Positions 1-13,692 of a DNA stretch of 64,000 nucleotides are shown piece by piece. Origin of the DNA: Mobula birostris (lineage: Eukaryota); contig NC_092396.1 in assembly GCF_030028105.1 (NCBI RefSeq), positions 20,481,820-20,545,819 of the forward strand, in the 5' to 3' direction. Position 1 is the stretch's first letter, and each line of letters begins with the position of its first letter. A program made the translations under genes and the position numbers. The notes below the pieces were generated by a model. It was given only the letters and a program-made list of their open reading frames with translations, did not search any database and had not been told where the DNA came from.

Positions 1-1326
1 ATCAGCCAACGTAACCAAAGACCCCACCCATCCTGGTTATTCTCTCTTCTCTCCCTCCCAATAGGCAGAAAATACAAAAGGCTGAAAGCATGTACCACCA
101 CACTCAAGGCCACCTTCTACTCAAATGGTCCTCTAGTAGTAGTGTAATCACTCAGGTCAAGTATGATGTTCTCCTAAGGGGTTATTCCCCTAAATGGAGG
201 AGGACTGTGCGTGACCTTTGTTTGAACTGGAGAGGCTGGTGAATGAGCAGCCTCCATATGGTCCTTGATAAGATCAGGGGCAGAGCCCAGTGGCATGGAA
301 GCAAGAAGACTGGGGACCATTCACTGCTGCAGCTTTCCTCTCCCTTCACTACTATTATGTATCATCATCTCCAGCCAGTTCCACCAATGAAGTCTTGGTT
401 GGATTGCTCTTCATCTGGAATCTTACCCTTGACCTTACCACCACGAGTGACGCTACCAAGAGCTAAGCTCCAGATAGAGCCGCTGTCGCAATCTCAGGAA
501 CACACAAGCCTCCCCATCATGACAACAATGCTCAAAGAACGGCAAGATCCTCATACCACAACAATCCTCTCTAATACAATAAAATGGACTTTTGACCTCA
601 TAATCTACCTCATTATGGCCTTGCACCCATTGTCTGCCTGCACCTTCTTTGTAACTGTAACATTTTATTCTGCACACTTATTTTTCCTTTGTATTGATGT
701 GATGAAATGGCCTGTATGGATGTCATGAACAACAAAGTGTTCACTGTATCCCAAACCAATTTACCCATTTGAAATTTGAGGCAACCCACCAGAAGTAGAA
801 TGACCTACTGGAAACAGAAAGCAAAACACTACCATCACAGCTCACTTCAGTTATTTACATAGAGCTGCATTAAAATTATATCAACTTACTGAACATATAC
901 TAAATGCAATGTAGACAGACCGGTTGAAACTGGTCCCTAAAGCAAATGAGTAACATAGGATTCGATTTGTCACACCTTACTGAGTCATGGGGTAATTCCT
1001 AAACAACTGTAACTTTACCACCCAAATTACTTACTTCCGTAAAAGTCTGGGCTATTAGTGAGAAATTAAGTGGATTGCAAGAAAGCAGATCAGCATATTG
1101 GTGTATAAAGCTGCAAATGTCACTAAAATAGTAATAATTCAAAGGTTTACAAATATAGAAATGGAGAATATTTTATTTGCAATAAATATTCCACCTAAAA
1201 TATCAGGCTATCTTTATGTCTTCATCATAAGGCATAATGAAGAAGTTGGATTTTGGTAATTTTATCAAGACTCAGCATGCTTCACTATGCTTGTATCTAA
1301 AAGAAAAAGAGACAAGTGTCCTTTAC

Positions 1327-1453
1327 CTCCAGACACACAGAAGAGCACACCCAGAGCTTTGGTGACCAGGGTCCGCAGCCTCACAATCCCAGGGATCTTC
1401 ACCCCATTTAGGTAGCACTTGATTTCCGGAATTCCTGACCCAGCTGCAATAGG
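1327..1453 (-). CDS. CLCN6: CLCN6 exon 7 (gene continues beyond the left edge of the window)
   Basis: 127 nt, [42 protein letters not shown]; contains the CLC selectivity-filter motif GSGIPE. Confidence 0.96.
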
Positions 1454-1797
1454 CTGTGAAGCAGAGATTTTTGCAAAAAAATAATAAAGACAAGGGCTGA
1501 TAATGAAGACGACCCCCCCCCCCACCACCACCAAGACCATACAAAACTACCTTTAAGCTTTTCTTAAGGAAAACGATGGCTAACAGATTTCATGACACAT
1601 GCCAGTGATAATAAACCTGATTATGATGTGCAACTGCAGTGAGCATTATGTAGGGTGAGCAACAGAAGGTAAACAATATAGTGCTAATGGGACATTAATC
1701 ATCAAGTGCTGTTGCTGCCTTATACTATATTTAAGAGTTTCATCTTTGATGGAAAACATTAAGTAAGTGTGATAGGAACACAGTTTCAATTTTGTAC

Positions 1798-1904
1798 CTC
1801 AATCAGCACTAGCAGGCTAGCTAAGAAGACGAAACCAATATTGAATGCTAGAATCTCAAGAAGGGACAGCACAAGACAGCCCCCCTCACTGCAATCTTCC
1901 ACAG
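1798..1904 (-). CDS. CLCN6: CLCN6 exon 6
   Basis: 107 nt, phase-compatible with exon 5, (S)VEDCSEGGCLVLSLLEILAFNIGFVFLASLLVLIE. Confidence 0.93.
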
Positions 1905-2253
1905 CTGAAGGGAAAGGAGTCAAGGAGAATACACAGCACTCATCAGTCAAAACACCTTCAAGATTGAGAGGTTATTTCTACAAAGGTTTGATTCACAATC
2001 TCTTTAAGACAAAAGCAGAGCAGGGAAGCTGCTAATGTAAAGAGACAAAAAGCTTGATTTGAAAGCACAGTTCCATTAAAGATTGCAGCAAGGCCAACCA
2101 ACCGGAGGGCATTTCATAGCAGATACAGTACGTGGAAGATAAAAATATTCCTCACTCCACAGTTTTTAAACTCATTCATAGGATGTGGAAGCTGCTGCAG
2201 GTTTTTCTCCAGTCATCCGTCAGATCCTGATATAACGTTAAGTTAAAGGATAC
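1905..2253 (-). other. CLCN6: U12-type (minor spliceosome) GT-AG intron, CLCN6 intron 5
   Basis: 5' splice site GTATCCTTTAAC; branch-site-like TTCTCCTTGAC about 15 nt before the terminal AG. Confidence 0.88.
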
Positions 2254-2320
2254 ATTTTCCAATAATTTGAAACTTGAGATTTTGGAAGAGATGAACAAAG
2301 TAGTCGATAAAGAGACCAAC
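2254..2320 (-). CDS. CLCN6: CLCN6 exon 5
   Basis: 67 nt, VGLFIDYFVHLFQNLKFQIIGK+T; donor is GTATCCTTT (U12 type). Confidence 0.93.
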
Positions 2321-3239
2321 CTGAAAGAAAAAGATGGAAACAGTCATTGGAAATCAGCCTTGATCAAATGGCAGAGCTCAATGGGCTGAATGGCCTGATT
2401 CTGTTCTTATGTCTTAAGCACTTAGAGTGAAGTAATGAAATATGTCTATTAAGTGATGTCTGACAGCCTTCAAACACACAGTAATGGTTGTCCCAGTTAA
2501 CTTTTCCATTAAATCAGAATGGAAAAACTGGCAGTATTCCAGTCAGAATCAGATCATCTGTTCAAGCTCTATTACAGCTCTTGAACACATAGTCTAGGCA
2601 AAAGACAATGTATAAGGGATGTGTACATTTGGAGTGGCATAGTTTAGATATGGCATAAGAATGAAGTTTCTGAGAATCCAGGATAATTTCCCTTAGTGGC
2701 CCAAGAAACATTCTTCTCTCAACCAATATCACCAAAAACCAATAAGTGAGTCACCCCGTTCGTCACCCTGAACAGAACCTTGCAGTATCACCTGAACTGA
2801 AAGTAATTCATAGTTCGTTAAGTACTCAGAAAAGTGTAATAAACCACTACATTAAAAGCACATTGTTATGCAAAATCACATACACAGTCTCCAAAATACC
2901 TCAACACTTCCAAGAATACCTTGGAAACCAAAACTGTTAGTACTTCATATTAGAAGCTAGTAAAGGCTTGGAGAAACAGGGCAGTTATCAGAAGAGATTT
3001 GTATACAGCACTGAAGTAGGGTGACTGTGAGTGGTTTTCCTTTAAGAGCTTGAACTTTGGTATTCAGTTAAACAGTGACACATTAGTGCAAGTCGAGTTG
3101 GTGGATGATAAATATTTGGACAATTTTTTGTTAGCAAGTTATTATCGAAGCATGGCAAGGTAGCTCTGTAATTGGACTGCGTATCCAATAGCATGTAGAA
3201 AATCTCGAATGCTTCCCTGTCATAAATATCCACTCGCAC

Positions 3240-3510
3240 ATAGCTTCCAGGTTCCTTCTATGGCTGTTAGTTTCTTCCAGGTGTTCCAGTTTTCTGCTAC
3301 ATCCCAAAGATGTGCTGGTAAGTTAATTGGCTCTAGGTAAACCCTAAATGTAGGTACACAGCAAAAGGAATTAAAGGGGAGTTAATTGGCAAAAGAAAAT
3401 ATTCCAGGGATAAGGGAATAAGAAGGGGCATGGGACTAAAGCATTTCTTACCCGATGTGCTGGCATGGACCTAATTGGCCAAAATGCCCCTTTCTGCATC
3501 ACTCTGCTGG
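3240..3510 (+). mobile_element. Degraded V-SINE (HE1-like) remnant; a second fragment at about 21955-22070
   Basis: Resembles the V-domain GTTTCCTCC..CCAAAGA.GTG..GGTTAATTGG. Confidence 0.45.
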
Positions 3511-4619
3511 AGACTTCAACATATACTCTGTATATTAGCCACTGTTCCCGTTCTTTCAGCTTAAGAGTGTGAAGATACAAGGGGGAAAAAGGTGATGGCC
3601 AGGCAGATATTTTTAACTAGCCTGAAAACTGTGTGGCGCTTTAATTTTTTTCTCTAATATGCACAAACAAACACAAACCACAACTCACAACAGAAGTAAA
3701 CAATGTCAGGCTTCAAAACAACTGACTGGCACATTGGCAAAAGTAAAATGTTTTGACTAGACGGTGTCGGCGTTTAGCGGACCGGCTGTTTATTAACTAT
3801 GAGCTACCAACTCATATTGTAACAGTGTTGTACCTTGAAACACTGACAATATAAATACTTCAAAGCTCTAAAGTGTTACAAAGTAAACCTTGTGGTACAT
3901 TTATTAATTATTTAGAAAATTTATGGATTATTTTCATTTACACAATTACAGGGTATTTCATAATTATATTAATAACTTCAAAATTATGTTATTATTATAT
4001 AAAAGAAAATTTGAACTGTGCGACAACAAAGGCTACATGCATGGAAGCATTTCAGTTACTGCGCAGCCGCACACCTGGGCAACTTAGACAGGACAGTGGC
4101 CATCAGTAAAATCTTCAGGTAATGATTAGTCAGGGGACGGCAGCCAAAGTCGGCAATGTTGAACCATGCTACAGAGGACAGAAAGAGTGGAACTGCAATA
4201 ATGACAGAGGATTTAACAGGAGGCCAAATATGCATTTTTATGACCATAGACAAAATTTTAAGTGACGTTATTTCCCTGAGGACAGGATCAAGTTGTCACA
4301 GAGCAGCTGCACAGTATCCTGGCAGGTTGGGTGAATAGCCAGAAGTCGTGACACATCAGCAGGATTGGGACCAACATTCTTACAGGGACGTTTACCAGTG
4401 TTATTGGGGACGGTGCAAGTAAAAGTTAGAAAAGTAGCTTTCTGGATCATTTACTGATGATAGCAGGAATAATGCTGGAATCTATGGCAAAGAATAAAAT
4501 ACAGTACACCTTGAAAAGAATAACAGGAGAGTCAGCAAGGACTAATGAAATAAAAATGATGTTTGACAAATCAGTTGCAGTTCTCTGAGAATGTAATAGA
4601 TAGATGTGGGGGGGCTGGG

Positions 4620-5170
4620 GAGTTGAAAACAATAATCAGCAGATCTGATGTACTTGGATTTCTGGATGGCTTTTGATAGGATGGTCAATATGGTTTTAAT
4701 GCATGGGCATATGGGGCAGAGATAAATATACCAACGTGGATCGAAAATTGGTTATTAGAATAAACAGTTCAGCAAGGCTGTTAATGGGATTAGTTATTGA
4801 GGCTCCACTAATTAACATCAATATTAATTTTTGGTGAAGGGACCAAATGCTTCCACACTTGGTGACGATACCGAATTAGGTGGAATTACAAGTATGAAAA
4901 AGAAGAGGCTCTAAGGTGTTTTGGACAAGTTCAGTGAGTGAGAATATATGAGAACATGGATCCGTCCTTGGTCCAGCACATAAGTGGCAATACAAAGGCA
5001 TGGCAGCGCCTCTACTTTCTTAGGTGTTTGTGCAGATTCGACATGTCATCTAAAATTTCAACAAACTTCTATAGATGCACGGTGAAGAGTATACTGACTG
5101 GCTGTATCACACTCCGGTATGGGAACACCAATGCCCTAGAACAGAAAAGCCTACAAAAAGTAGCAAATAC
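4620..5170 (+). mobile_element. Degraded CR1 RT remnant followed by a Rex1/Babar fragment
   Basis: 4945-5170 encodes KAWQRLYFLR...NFYRCTVKSILTGCIT..YGN (DUF1891-like). Confidence 0.65.
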
Positions 5171-5590
5171 TTTGAAGGAGTCACCACACTGCTAGAGAAG
5201 GTTGCAGAGACAGAGGAGTAAGATTTGAAAACAAGGACAACAATATACATTGTAGACAATTAACCAAAAATTTCTAAGAACAATAAACAAAACATTATGA
5301 AATTCTGCACCCTCTGGGGAGGAATAAAACTAATTCCAAACAGGCAGATGAAATATCCAAGACCAACTACGGCTACCACAGCTCAAAGTTTAAAAATTGT
5401 GACACAGTAGTAAGGCTAATTAACGTGATTCTTACTGAAAGTTAACAGCCCAGTACTCAGACCTTTGCCCTTTGATACCCTATTCATCAGCAGCATTTAA
5501 ATCTCAGGCACAACCCCTGAAGGCATCACTGACAGGTTTTCTTTCATTATATTAAACACACACCAACACTTTGATCAAGAAGTCACTCAC

Positions 5591-5656
5591 CAAACCAGTG
5601 CAGACTCCGATAAAAAACATCAAGATCCATTTAACTGCCTCGTATCTCCTGACTCT
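5591..5656 (-). CDS. CLCN6: CLCN6 exon 4
   Basis: 66 nt, AG/GTGAGT, RVRRYEAVKWILMFFIGVCTGL. Confidence 0.93.
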
Positions 5657-7159
5657 CTGTTCAAAAGAGAACACACACAGATCAGATAAATCAAAGAAAC
5701 ACAGAGAGATCAGAACAAACTTGATTTAACAATAGAAAATAGGTGTAGAATAATTGATCTCTGAAGAATCAGCAACATGAAAAATGAAACAATTTAGATG
5801 TGCCCCAAAGGCTCTAAATTTGAATTGATATCTATTCGCTCACCACTGGTGCTAATTGTCTTTTTCAGTGTTTTCAACTTTTTTTAAAACTTCAGTTTAT
5901 TTACAATATTTATTTAAAGCGAGTACTTCTTCACTGTTAAGAATAATGAAATTCAGTGATCCCCTTCCCTCAATAAGCCACTGTCCTTTGTATTTGAGGG
6001 TGGGTGATTGAGAGTCAATCAGTAGGTTTTCTTAAGATAAAACATAAAAGATAAAAGAATCAGAAAAAGCAAATGAGCTGTGTTATGTATCAGCAATGAC
6101 ATAATTAACCTTGCTCCACCAATCAATGAGGGATCCTGTTTCTAGGATATAAATATTTCATTAGCACAGCTGATTGGGAGTACCCTGAGAAATAATGTGC
6201 CTTACATTCATGTCAAACTGCAGACTCCAAATGCAACTCACAGGCACAGGGAGAAAGAGCATCAAAATTCAAGTCACTACGGGAGGGAGAGCCTCCCAAT
6301 AAAATTTTATCAGAAGGAATCAAACAACCAACATTAGATTATTCTAAAGAGAAAACTAATTGTTTATTAACTTTATTCAAATTAAGTTAATTAAATATGA
6401 AATATGCTATTTTAAGGTTTTTCCTAACATTTATGTTAGATTGCAGGAAATAGTGTTATTGAGGAAAAAAATAGAACTAATCAATGTTTTGTAGGAGTGA
6501 TTTTTGAAAGAGAAAAATTCAATCCAGACAATTGCAGGTGCAGTAAATGCAAATATCAATTTATAATGCATTATTCATAACATCAGGTTGCCTTAGGTGT
6601 TTCAGCCAGTGTCGTGCAAGAAAAACTGTAAACAATAACCTCACAGAAAGATTTCACTATGATAGTAAGCAAATCATTCTTAGTGGCGTTTATTGAAGGG
6701 TTTTATTAACCAAACCAGGATAACTTTTCTATTCTTCTTTAAGATATCAAGGCGAGATGAGCTATTCATATCAGGTGCAAGGAATATTTCTTAACATCTC
6801 TTTCAAGTATTTCTACCTCAAATATTCCCTTGATACCAGAGTATCAGCTCGTAGATTCTGTGCTCAAATTTCTGGATAGAATGGAGACTTAAATGATTAA
6901 ATCCAATCAGAAAATCATGAGGGCTCAACGGGCAATAACCATCACAAGAGCATCTTCATCATACCCTTGACATTCAATGCTATTACCATCGACATCCTGC
7001 GATGTCATCTGAACAGCTGGAAGAACTTTTATACCAGTCAAGACACTCATAAGATTTTCAACAGCTAAGAAAATTTTCAAAGTTCAGCTAATGAACAGTA
7101 AGTCTAAGTACACAAAGTTTACACAGAGATCAGAAAAAAAATTCTGTTAAGCAAAAAAA

Positions 7160-8140
7160 ATTCAATTAAGTTCTAAAGTAAATTTATCATCAAAGCACAT
7201 ATACGTCACCATATACAACACAGATTCATTTTCTTGCGGGTATACAGAGTAAATTCAAGAACTGTAAAAGAATTAACGGAAGACCACATCCAACAGGACA
7301 GACAAACAACCAAGGTGCAAAGGACAACAGACAAAAGAGAAAAATAATAATAATAAATAATTAAATATGCAATAAATATCAAGAACTTGCAAAGAAGAGT
7401 CTTTGAAAGTGAGTCCATAGGTTGTGGGAACAGTTTAGTGAAGGGGTAAGTGAAGTTGAGTGAAGCTATCCCCTCTGGTTCAACAGCCTGATAGTTGAAG
7501 GGTAATAACTGTTCCTGAACTGACAGTATCCATCCTGAGGTTTCCCTGCCTTCTTCCTGATGGCATCAGCAAGACGGTCTAGGTGGTGGGTGTCCTTGAT
7601 GATGGATGTTGCATTCCTGTGACAGCAATCCATGTAGATGTGTGAATATTGGGGAGGGCTTTACCCGTGATGAACTGAGCTGTATCCACTACTTTTTGTA
7701 GGATTTTCCATTCAAAGGCATTGGTATTTCCATACCAGGCTGTGATTCAACCAGTCAAACTCTCCACCACACATCGATAGAAGTTTGCCAAAGTTTTAGA
7801 TGTCATGCCGAATCTTCACAAACTTTTAAGGAAGCAGGGCACTGCCGTGCTGTCTTTGTAATTGCGATCATGTGCTGTGCCCAGGACAGCTCCTCTGAAA
7901 TGATAAGCCTGTGGACTTTAAAGCTGTGATCCTCTCCATCTCTGATCCTCCAATGAGGACTGGGTCATGCATTCCTCCTCCTGAAGTCAATTATCAGCTC
8001 CTCGGTCTGGTTGACATGGAGTGAGAGGTTGTTGTTGTGGCACCACTCAGCCAGACTTTCAATCTCCCTCCTATATGCTGATTCCTCACCATCTGTGATT
8101 TGGCCAATGACATTGGCGTCGTCAGCAAACTTAAATATAA
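7160..8140 (-). mobile_element. Rex1/Babar-type LINE 3' fragment
   Basis: FKFADD..V.GQI....ESAYRREI..L.EWC..NNLSL...TEELIIDFRR. Confidence 0.8.
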
Positions 8141-8407
8141 AGCATGTAAAAATCAAAAATATTGCTCATCTAATGAACATCTTGTGATCTTTCAATTTAT
8201 TTCAACCTATATTTTGTCAATATTGCCCTTCTATAAACTCTAAAAGTCCCCAACTAGAATAGAAACTTCTTCTATTCAGACGGTCAATCTTTTTATTATT
8301 TTTCTAGGACATGGCTGTCACTAGCAAGGCCGGCATTTACTTTCCAACCACACTTGCTTCCTGATAACATAACCACGCCCAGGTTTAACAGTAGTAGCTC
8401 TGCATAC

Positions 8408-8473
8408 CTTGTTGTCCAGTGTTTCCAGCACCTCCAGGTATGGTTCATTAATGCACTTGTCATAATCCAAACT
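8408..8473 (-). CDS. CLCN6: CLCN6 exon 3
   Basis: 66 nt, AG/GT flanks, SLDYDKCINEPYLEVLETLDNK (ClC-6/7 SLDYD motif). Confidence 0.95.
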
Positions 8474-9093
8474 CTGCCAAAAGAACATAACGGTATGAGA
8501 AAAAGTGGCTTCACAATTCAATACTTGGAATTAGAATTCATTTAATATTGTCACATGTACCAAGATACAGTGAAAAGCTCATCTTTCAAACTGTCCATGT
8601 AGATCAAATCAAATCATTATACAGTGCATGAAATAAAAGAAAAATATAATGCAGAATAAAGTGTTACAGTGCATAAAGAGTACACTGCAAGGAAATAATA
8701 AAGTGCAGGATCATAATGATGTAGAGTGTGAGGTCAAGAGCTTATGCTATCATCTTATGGAACCATTCAAAGGTCTTATAACAGTGGGGTAGACGCTGTA
8801 ATGGTTAAGCAACAACCCAACTCTATTTTGTGTATTTTCCGACTTCATTCCCATATCATTTTATTCCATTAAGCATCCAAAATTCTAGCAATGGGAACCC
8901 AAAATATATTCAAAGTTCAAGTAACCGTAACCCTCTAGAATAGTAAAGAAATTTCTCAACTCCTAAACTTCTCCAGATTTTATGCTCCCATCTTTCTCTT
9001 GCAAAAGAATATAGCTTCTTTCTGAACCCTGATTTCTGTTTCAATGGGATTATCCACCTATTTATTCCTCCTCTCATTTCTGACTTTAATTTT

Positions 9094-10905
9094 CATAGAT
9101 CATAGAATAGTACGCACAGTACAGGCCCTTCAGCCCACAATGTTGTGCCGACCCTCAAACCCTGCCTCCCATATAAGCCCCCATCTTAAATTCCTCCATA
9201 TACCTGTCTAGTAGTCTCTTAATCTTCACTAGTGTATCTGCCTCCACCACTGACTCAGGCAGTGCATTCCACGCACCAACCACTCTCTGAGTAAAAAACC
9301 TTCCTCTAATATCCCCCTTGAACTTCCCACCCCTTACCTTAAAGCCATGTCCTCTTGTATTGAGCAGTGGTGCCCTGGGGAAGAGGCGCTGGCTATCCAC
9401 TCTGTCTATTCCTCTTATTATCTTGTACACCTCTATCATGTCTCCTCTCACCCTCCTTCTCTCCAAAGAGTAAACCCCTAGCTCTCTTAACCTCTGATCA
9501 TAATGCATACTTTCTAAACCAGGCAGCATCCTGGCAAATCTCCTCTGTACCCTTTCCAATGCTTCCACATCCTTCCTATAGTGAGGTGACCAGAACTGGA
9601 CACAGTACTCCAAGTGTGGCCTAACCAGAGTTTTATAGAGCTGCATCATTACATCGCGACTCCTAAACTCTATCCCTCGACTTATGAAAGCTAACACCAC
9701 ATAAGCTTTCTTAACTACCCTATCCACCTGTGAGGCAACTTTCAGGGATCTGTGGACATGTACCCCCAGATCCCTCTGCCAAACTCTGCCAAACTTTTCC
9801 TTTACCCTACTCGCCAAGGCCTTCTCATGCCCCCTTCTTGCTCTTCTCAGCCCCTTCTTAAGCTCCTTTCTTGCTTCCCTATATTCCTCAATAGATCCAT
9901 CTGATCCTTGCTTCCTAAACCTCACGTATGCTGCCTTCTTCCACCTGACTAGATTTTCCACCTCACTTGTCACCCATGGTTCCTTCACCCTACCATTCTT
10001 TATCTTCCTCACCGGGACAAATTTATCCCTAACATCCCGCAAGAGATCTCTAAACATCGACCACAAGTCCATAGTACATTTCCCTGCAAAAACATCATCC
10101 CAATTCACACCCGCAAGTTCTAGCCATATGGCCTCATAATTTGCCTTTCCCAAATAAAAGTTTTCCTGTCTTCTCCGATTCTATCCTTTTCCATGATAAT
10201 GTTAAAGGCCAGAGAGCGGTGGTCACTGTCCCCCAGATGCTCACCCACTGACAGATCTGTGACCTGACCCGGTTCGTAACCTAGTACTAGATCTAGTATG
10301 GCATTCCCCTGGTCGGCCTGTCCACATACTGTGACAGGAATCCGTCCTGGGACACACTTAACAAACTCTGCCCCATCTAAACCCTTGGAACTAATCAGGT
10401 GCCAATCAATATTAGGGAAGTTAAAGTCACCCATGATAACAACCCTGTTATTTTTTCACCTTTCCAAAATCTGCCTCCCAATCTGCTCCTCTGTATCTCT
10501 GCTGCTACCAGGGGGCCTATAGAATACCCCCAATAGAGTAACTGCTCCCTTCCTGTTCCTGACTTCCACCCATATTGACTCAAAAGAGGATCCTGCTACA
10601 TTACCCACCTTTTCTGTAGCTGTAATAGTATCCCTGACCAGCAATGCCACCCCTCCTCCCCTTTTTCCGCCCTCTCTATCCCTTTTAAAGCACTGAAATC
10701 CAGGAATATTGAGAATCCATCCCTGCCCTGGTGCTAGCCAAGTCTCTGTAATGGCCACTACATCATAATTCCATGTATGTATCCAAGCTCTCAGTTCATC
10801 ACCTTTGTTCCTGATGCTTCTTGCATTGAGGTACACACATTTCAGCCCTTCTACCTTACTGTCTTTACACCATTTATTCTGCTTCTCTTTCCTCAAAGCC
10901 TCCAT
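9094..10905 (-). mobile_element. Young CR1-clade LINE with APE endonuclease and 3' end, RT core deleted
   Basis: YLNARSIRNK, AITETW, FYRPP, MGDFNFP; then QRDLGV...LVRPHLEYCVQFWSP; CTATG-type 3' tail. Confidence 0.92.
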
Positions 10906-11145
10906 GCATACATCATCAACATTTTCCTGAAAAAAATGTTTCCTGTAGCGCTATATTGAAAGCTACTAGAAATATTCAAAAAGGGTGAAGTGAAACCTCT
11001 GGAGTTACCTACCCTTTTACTTACATCCTTAATACATATCAGTTTCAATCCAAAAATGCACGTTGGATATACTCAATGATTAGTTTTTGAAGTACCTTCA
11101 CTGCTACCTTAAAAAATGGATTTTCCTGACAACTGATGTAAGGCC

Positions 11146-11275
11146 TATTGAAGGGTCTTGGCCCAAAACATCGACTGCTTGTTCCCATCCACAGATGCTG
11201 CCTGACCCGATGAGCTCCTCCAGCATGTTGGGTATACCGCTCTAGATTTCCAGTATCTGCAGTAGCTCTTGTGTC
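11146..11275 (+). mobile_element. Penelope-type terminal repeat fragment with a degenerate hammerhead motif
   Basis: GAAGGGTCTTGGCCCAAAACATCGACTG...AGATGCTGCCTGACC..TGAGCTCCTCCAGCA. Confidence 0.6.
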
Positions 11276-12629
11276 AATAATGTCAGGCTAGTTGGTATGC
11301 AGTTCTCTACCTACTCTTCCTCCTTTGAATGAAGACTATTTCAAAATCCCATGAAAGGAGATTTATCAGCATTTGGTTTCTGTACTTCTTTTTAAACTAA
11401 TAATTAATACTTTGAAGTTCTCCACTTTCTTTAGACCCCAATTCCCCAGTATTTCTGGTACACACTTTGTGGTCGTTATGGATCAGACAGAATCCACGGT
11501 TAGCACCAAGAATCAGCAAAATTAAAATGAAAATATCCACATGTAACAATAATATGTTCAGAAACTAGCAACTCAATTAAAAGTTATAATTTAACCTTGG
11601 GGTTCAAATTATTTACAATTTTATCGATAGCCTGAACCACAAGTGCCAACTGATTGACCAGTTATTCTGTAAATAAACCACCCAAAACTTGACTAGATTC
11701 CAGCCAGAAACTCACTCCAGAGCATCGGTTATTCTGTGCAGTAACCTCCCAATTCCCTTGATTCAAATCTAATCTGTAGCTCACTCCTTAGTGTTAAATT
11801 AGTGAACCACCACATCTATTTTTTTCCAGATTCCTTTGTGGTAGGGCCTGGTTACCGGACCCAAGTCTGATACGACCTAACTACAGGCTTAGATAAATAT
11901 AAAGAAATCTCTGAGCTCAAATTGCAATTGACTGGTTCCATACAAATTCAGATTTAAATTGTTGTATACATCTGTCAGTGTACCACCGCCTGTCAATGAG
12001 GGAGCTTAGCGACAAACCATTGAAAAGGTCAGGGGCAAACAACGCAGGCAAGCCCCTTGATCCAGAATTGATTGGTGGGCATCAATCACCAGATGGTGCA
12101 TATAAACACAGCCCATTGCCTGGAGGGACCAGCTCTTTGTTTCTCTCCATCTGAAGGAGACCTGGGCCCAATCTAGTATGCAAGACAAGCTTTTCACTGC
12201 ATCTTAGTACATCTGACAATAATAAACCAATTCCAATTCTTTCTACCTGCTGCCCCACTCAAGACTAATGGGATCTAAGTGTCGAGTTCCAGCCTAATAG
12301 GGAAAATTAAAGAACCTGGGCCTGGATTTGATTGAATCAATAGTGACTGCATCAGGCTGGAATATTACTTTTTACACTGCAGCATGGTTTACAAATAACA
12401 GTTTATTCTGGCTCCCTATTGCACTCTTTGAAATCACTGCCACTGAGTTGCTCACGTGGCATCAAAAGGGAAATATTCAGCTATAACAAAGTTTGTTACA
12501 CTGACCCTCTGCAATATCGGTCATACACTGTACTTTTTCAATGTAAGGGACAGATATTTTATCCAAGAGATTCACAAGGTAGCGCAGAATAAGGTTCGTC
12601 CATCGTCATCGATGAAGACCTCGACACCA

Positions 12630-12780
12630 TTAGTACTTTCTTTACGAAGTCCAGTTGCTAGCTCGACACTCAGCCTGGCACAGATGGAAAGCCTGCATGG
12701 GAGCCGCCCGACTGGATTTGAACTTAGGAATCTTCGTTCCGGAGTCCGGCGTTGATGTCACTGCGCCACCAGCAGGCAAT
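12630..12780 (-). mobile_element. tRNA-derived SINE fragment within a CpG-rich unclassified repeat (about 12590-13285)
   Basis: Minus-strand A box TGGCGCAGTG and B box GTTCAAATCC. Confidence 0.55.
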
Positions 12781-13692
12781 CTATGATGGTGTCAAGACTA
12801 GCGTTTGATTTGGATTTAAATGAGGGAGAGTTGCGCAGCGTCAGCCTCACTCTCTCTTCCCAATTCCCATCTGGATCCAGTGGCAAGACACGAGTCGAGA
12901 CGGCTGGAGATGGGACTAGGCGCAGTGGATGACCAGGACGTCTTCTGTGTCTTGTCGTGTTCTACACATGCCACAACGCTTGCACAGACTGCCTTCTTGA
13001 CCGTTGGCCCTTTCATTGGTCTCGTCAGCTCAATCCGCCGGAGTCTGTCTGCACATGCTGGGATAGACAACTCCTTATCTCACCGAGGGTTTGAGACCCA
13101 TTTGTTACCCTCACCTGGTTTAGCCGGCTTGTCGAAGCCGTTGCCCGGGATGTGGTCGCTGTCCTATGCAAGCAGCTACGAGGAGCCACAGGTGAGAGTT
13201 GAGCACCAGGTAGGGACCAAAGGTGGACTAACCGCCTTGAAAAGGATGTGACATGTTCCCCCACCAGAGGTGCTACCCCTCCCTGACACCCCATACAACC
13301 AGGGCAAAATAACTAACAATATATTTAACAAGGGGCATAACCTACTCTGCTTGAAAGCTACTCCTCTCAATCCTCTGCTGTATGAAAAAAACACCCAGAA
13401 TTTGGAAGGAATATTAGCTGAGCAATTAAATAATTTAACCAGACACATGGCCTATACAATTGAAAAATGTCAGAAAGAGAATTCTTCAGCACGGAAGAAA
13501 TATACCTGCAGTTACTGTGCTTGAGTCCCAGCAGATGGATAGAACTCAAAGAAAGATTGTAAGAAAATGAGGAATAAAAAGTAGGACATTGCACAAATTA
13601 TCTATTCCATTCCCCTTTCTGGATATTATATGCAATAAACAGGAACAAATAAAATTTGAATGCACAATAGTCTACATCAGGCTATTGTATAC

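Noticed and set aside
243-728. 161-aa plus-strand ORF
   Set aside because: Spans two adjacent repeat fragments in a CLCN6 intron; no recognisable protein features
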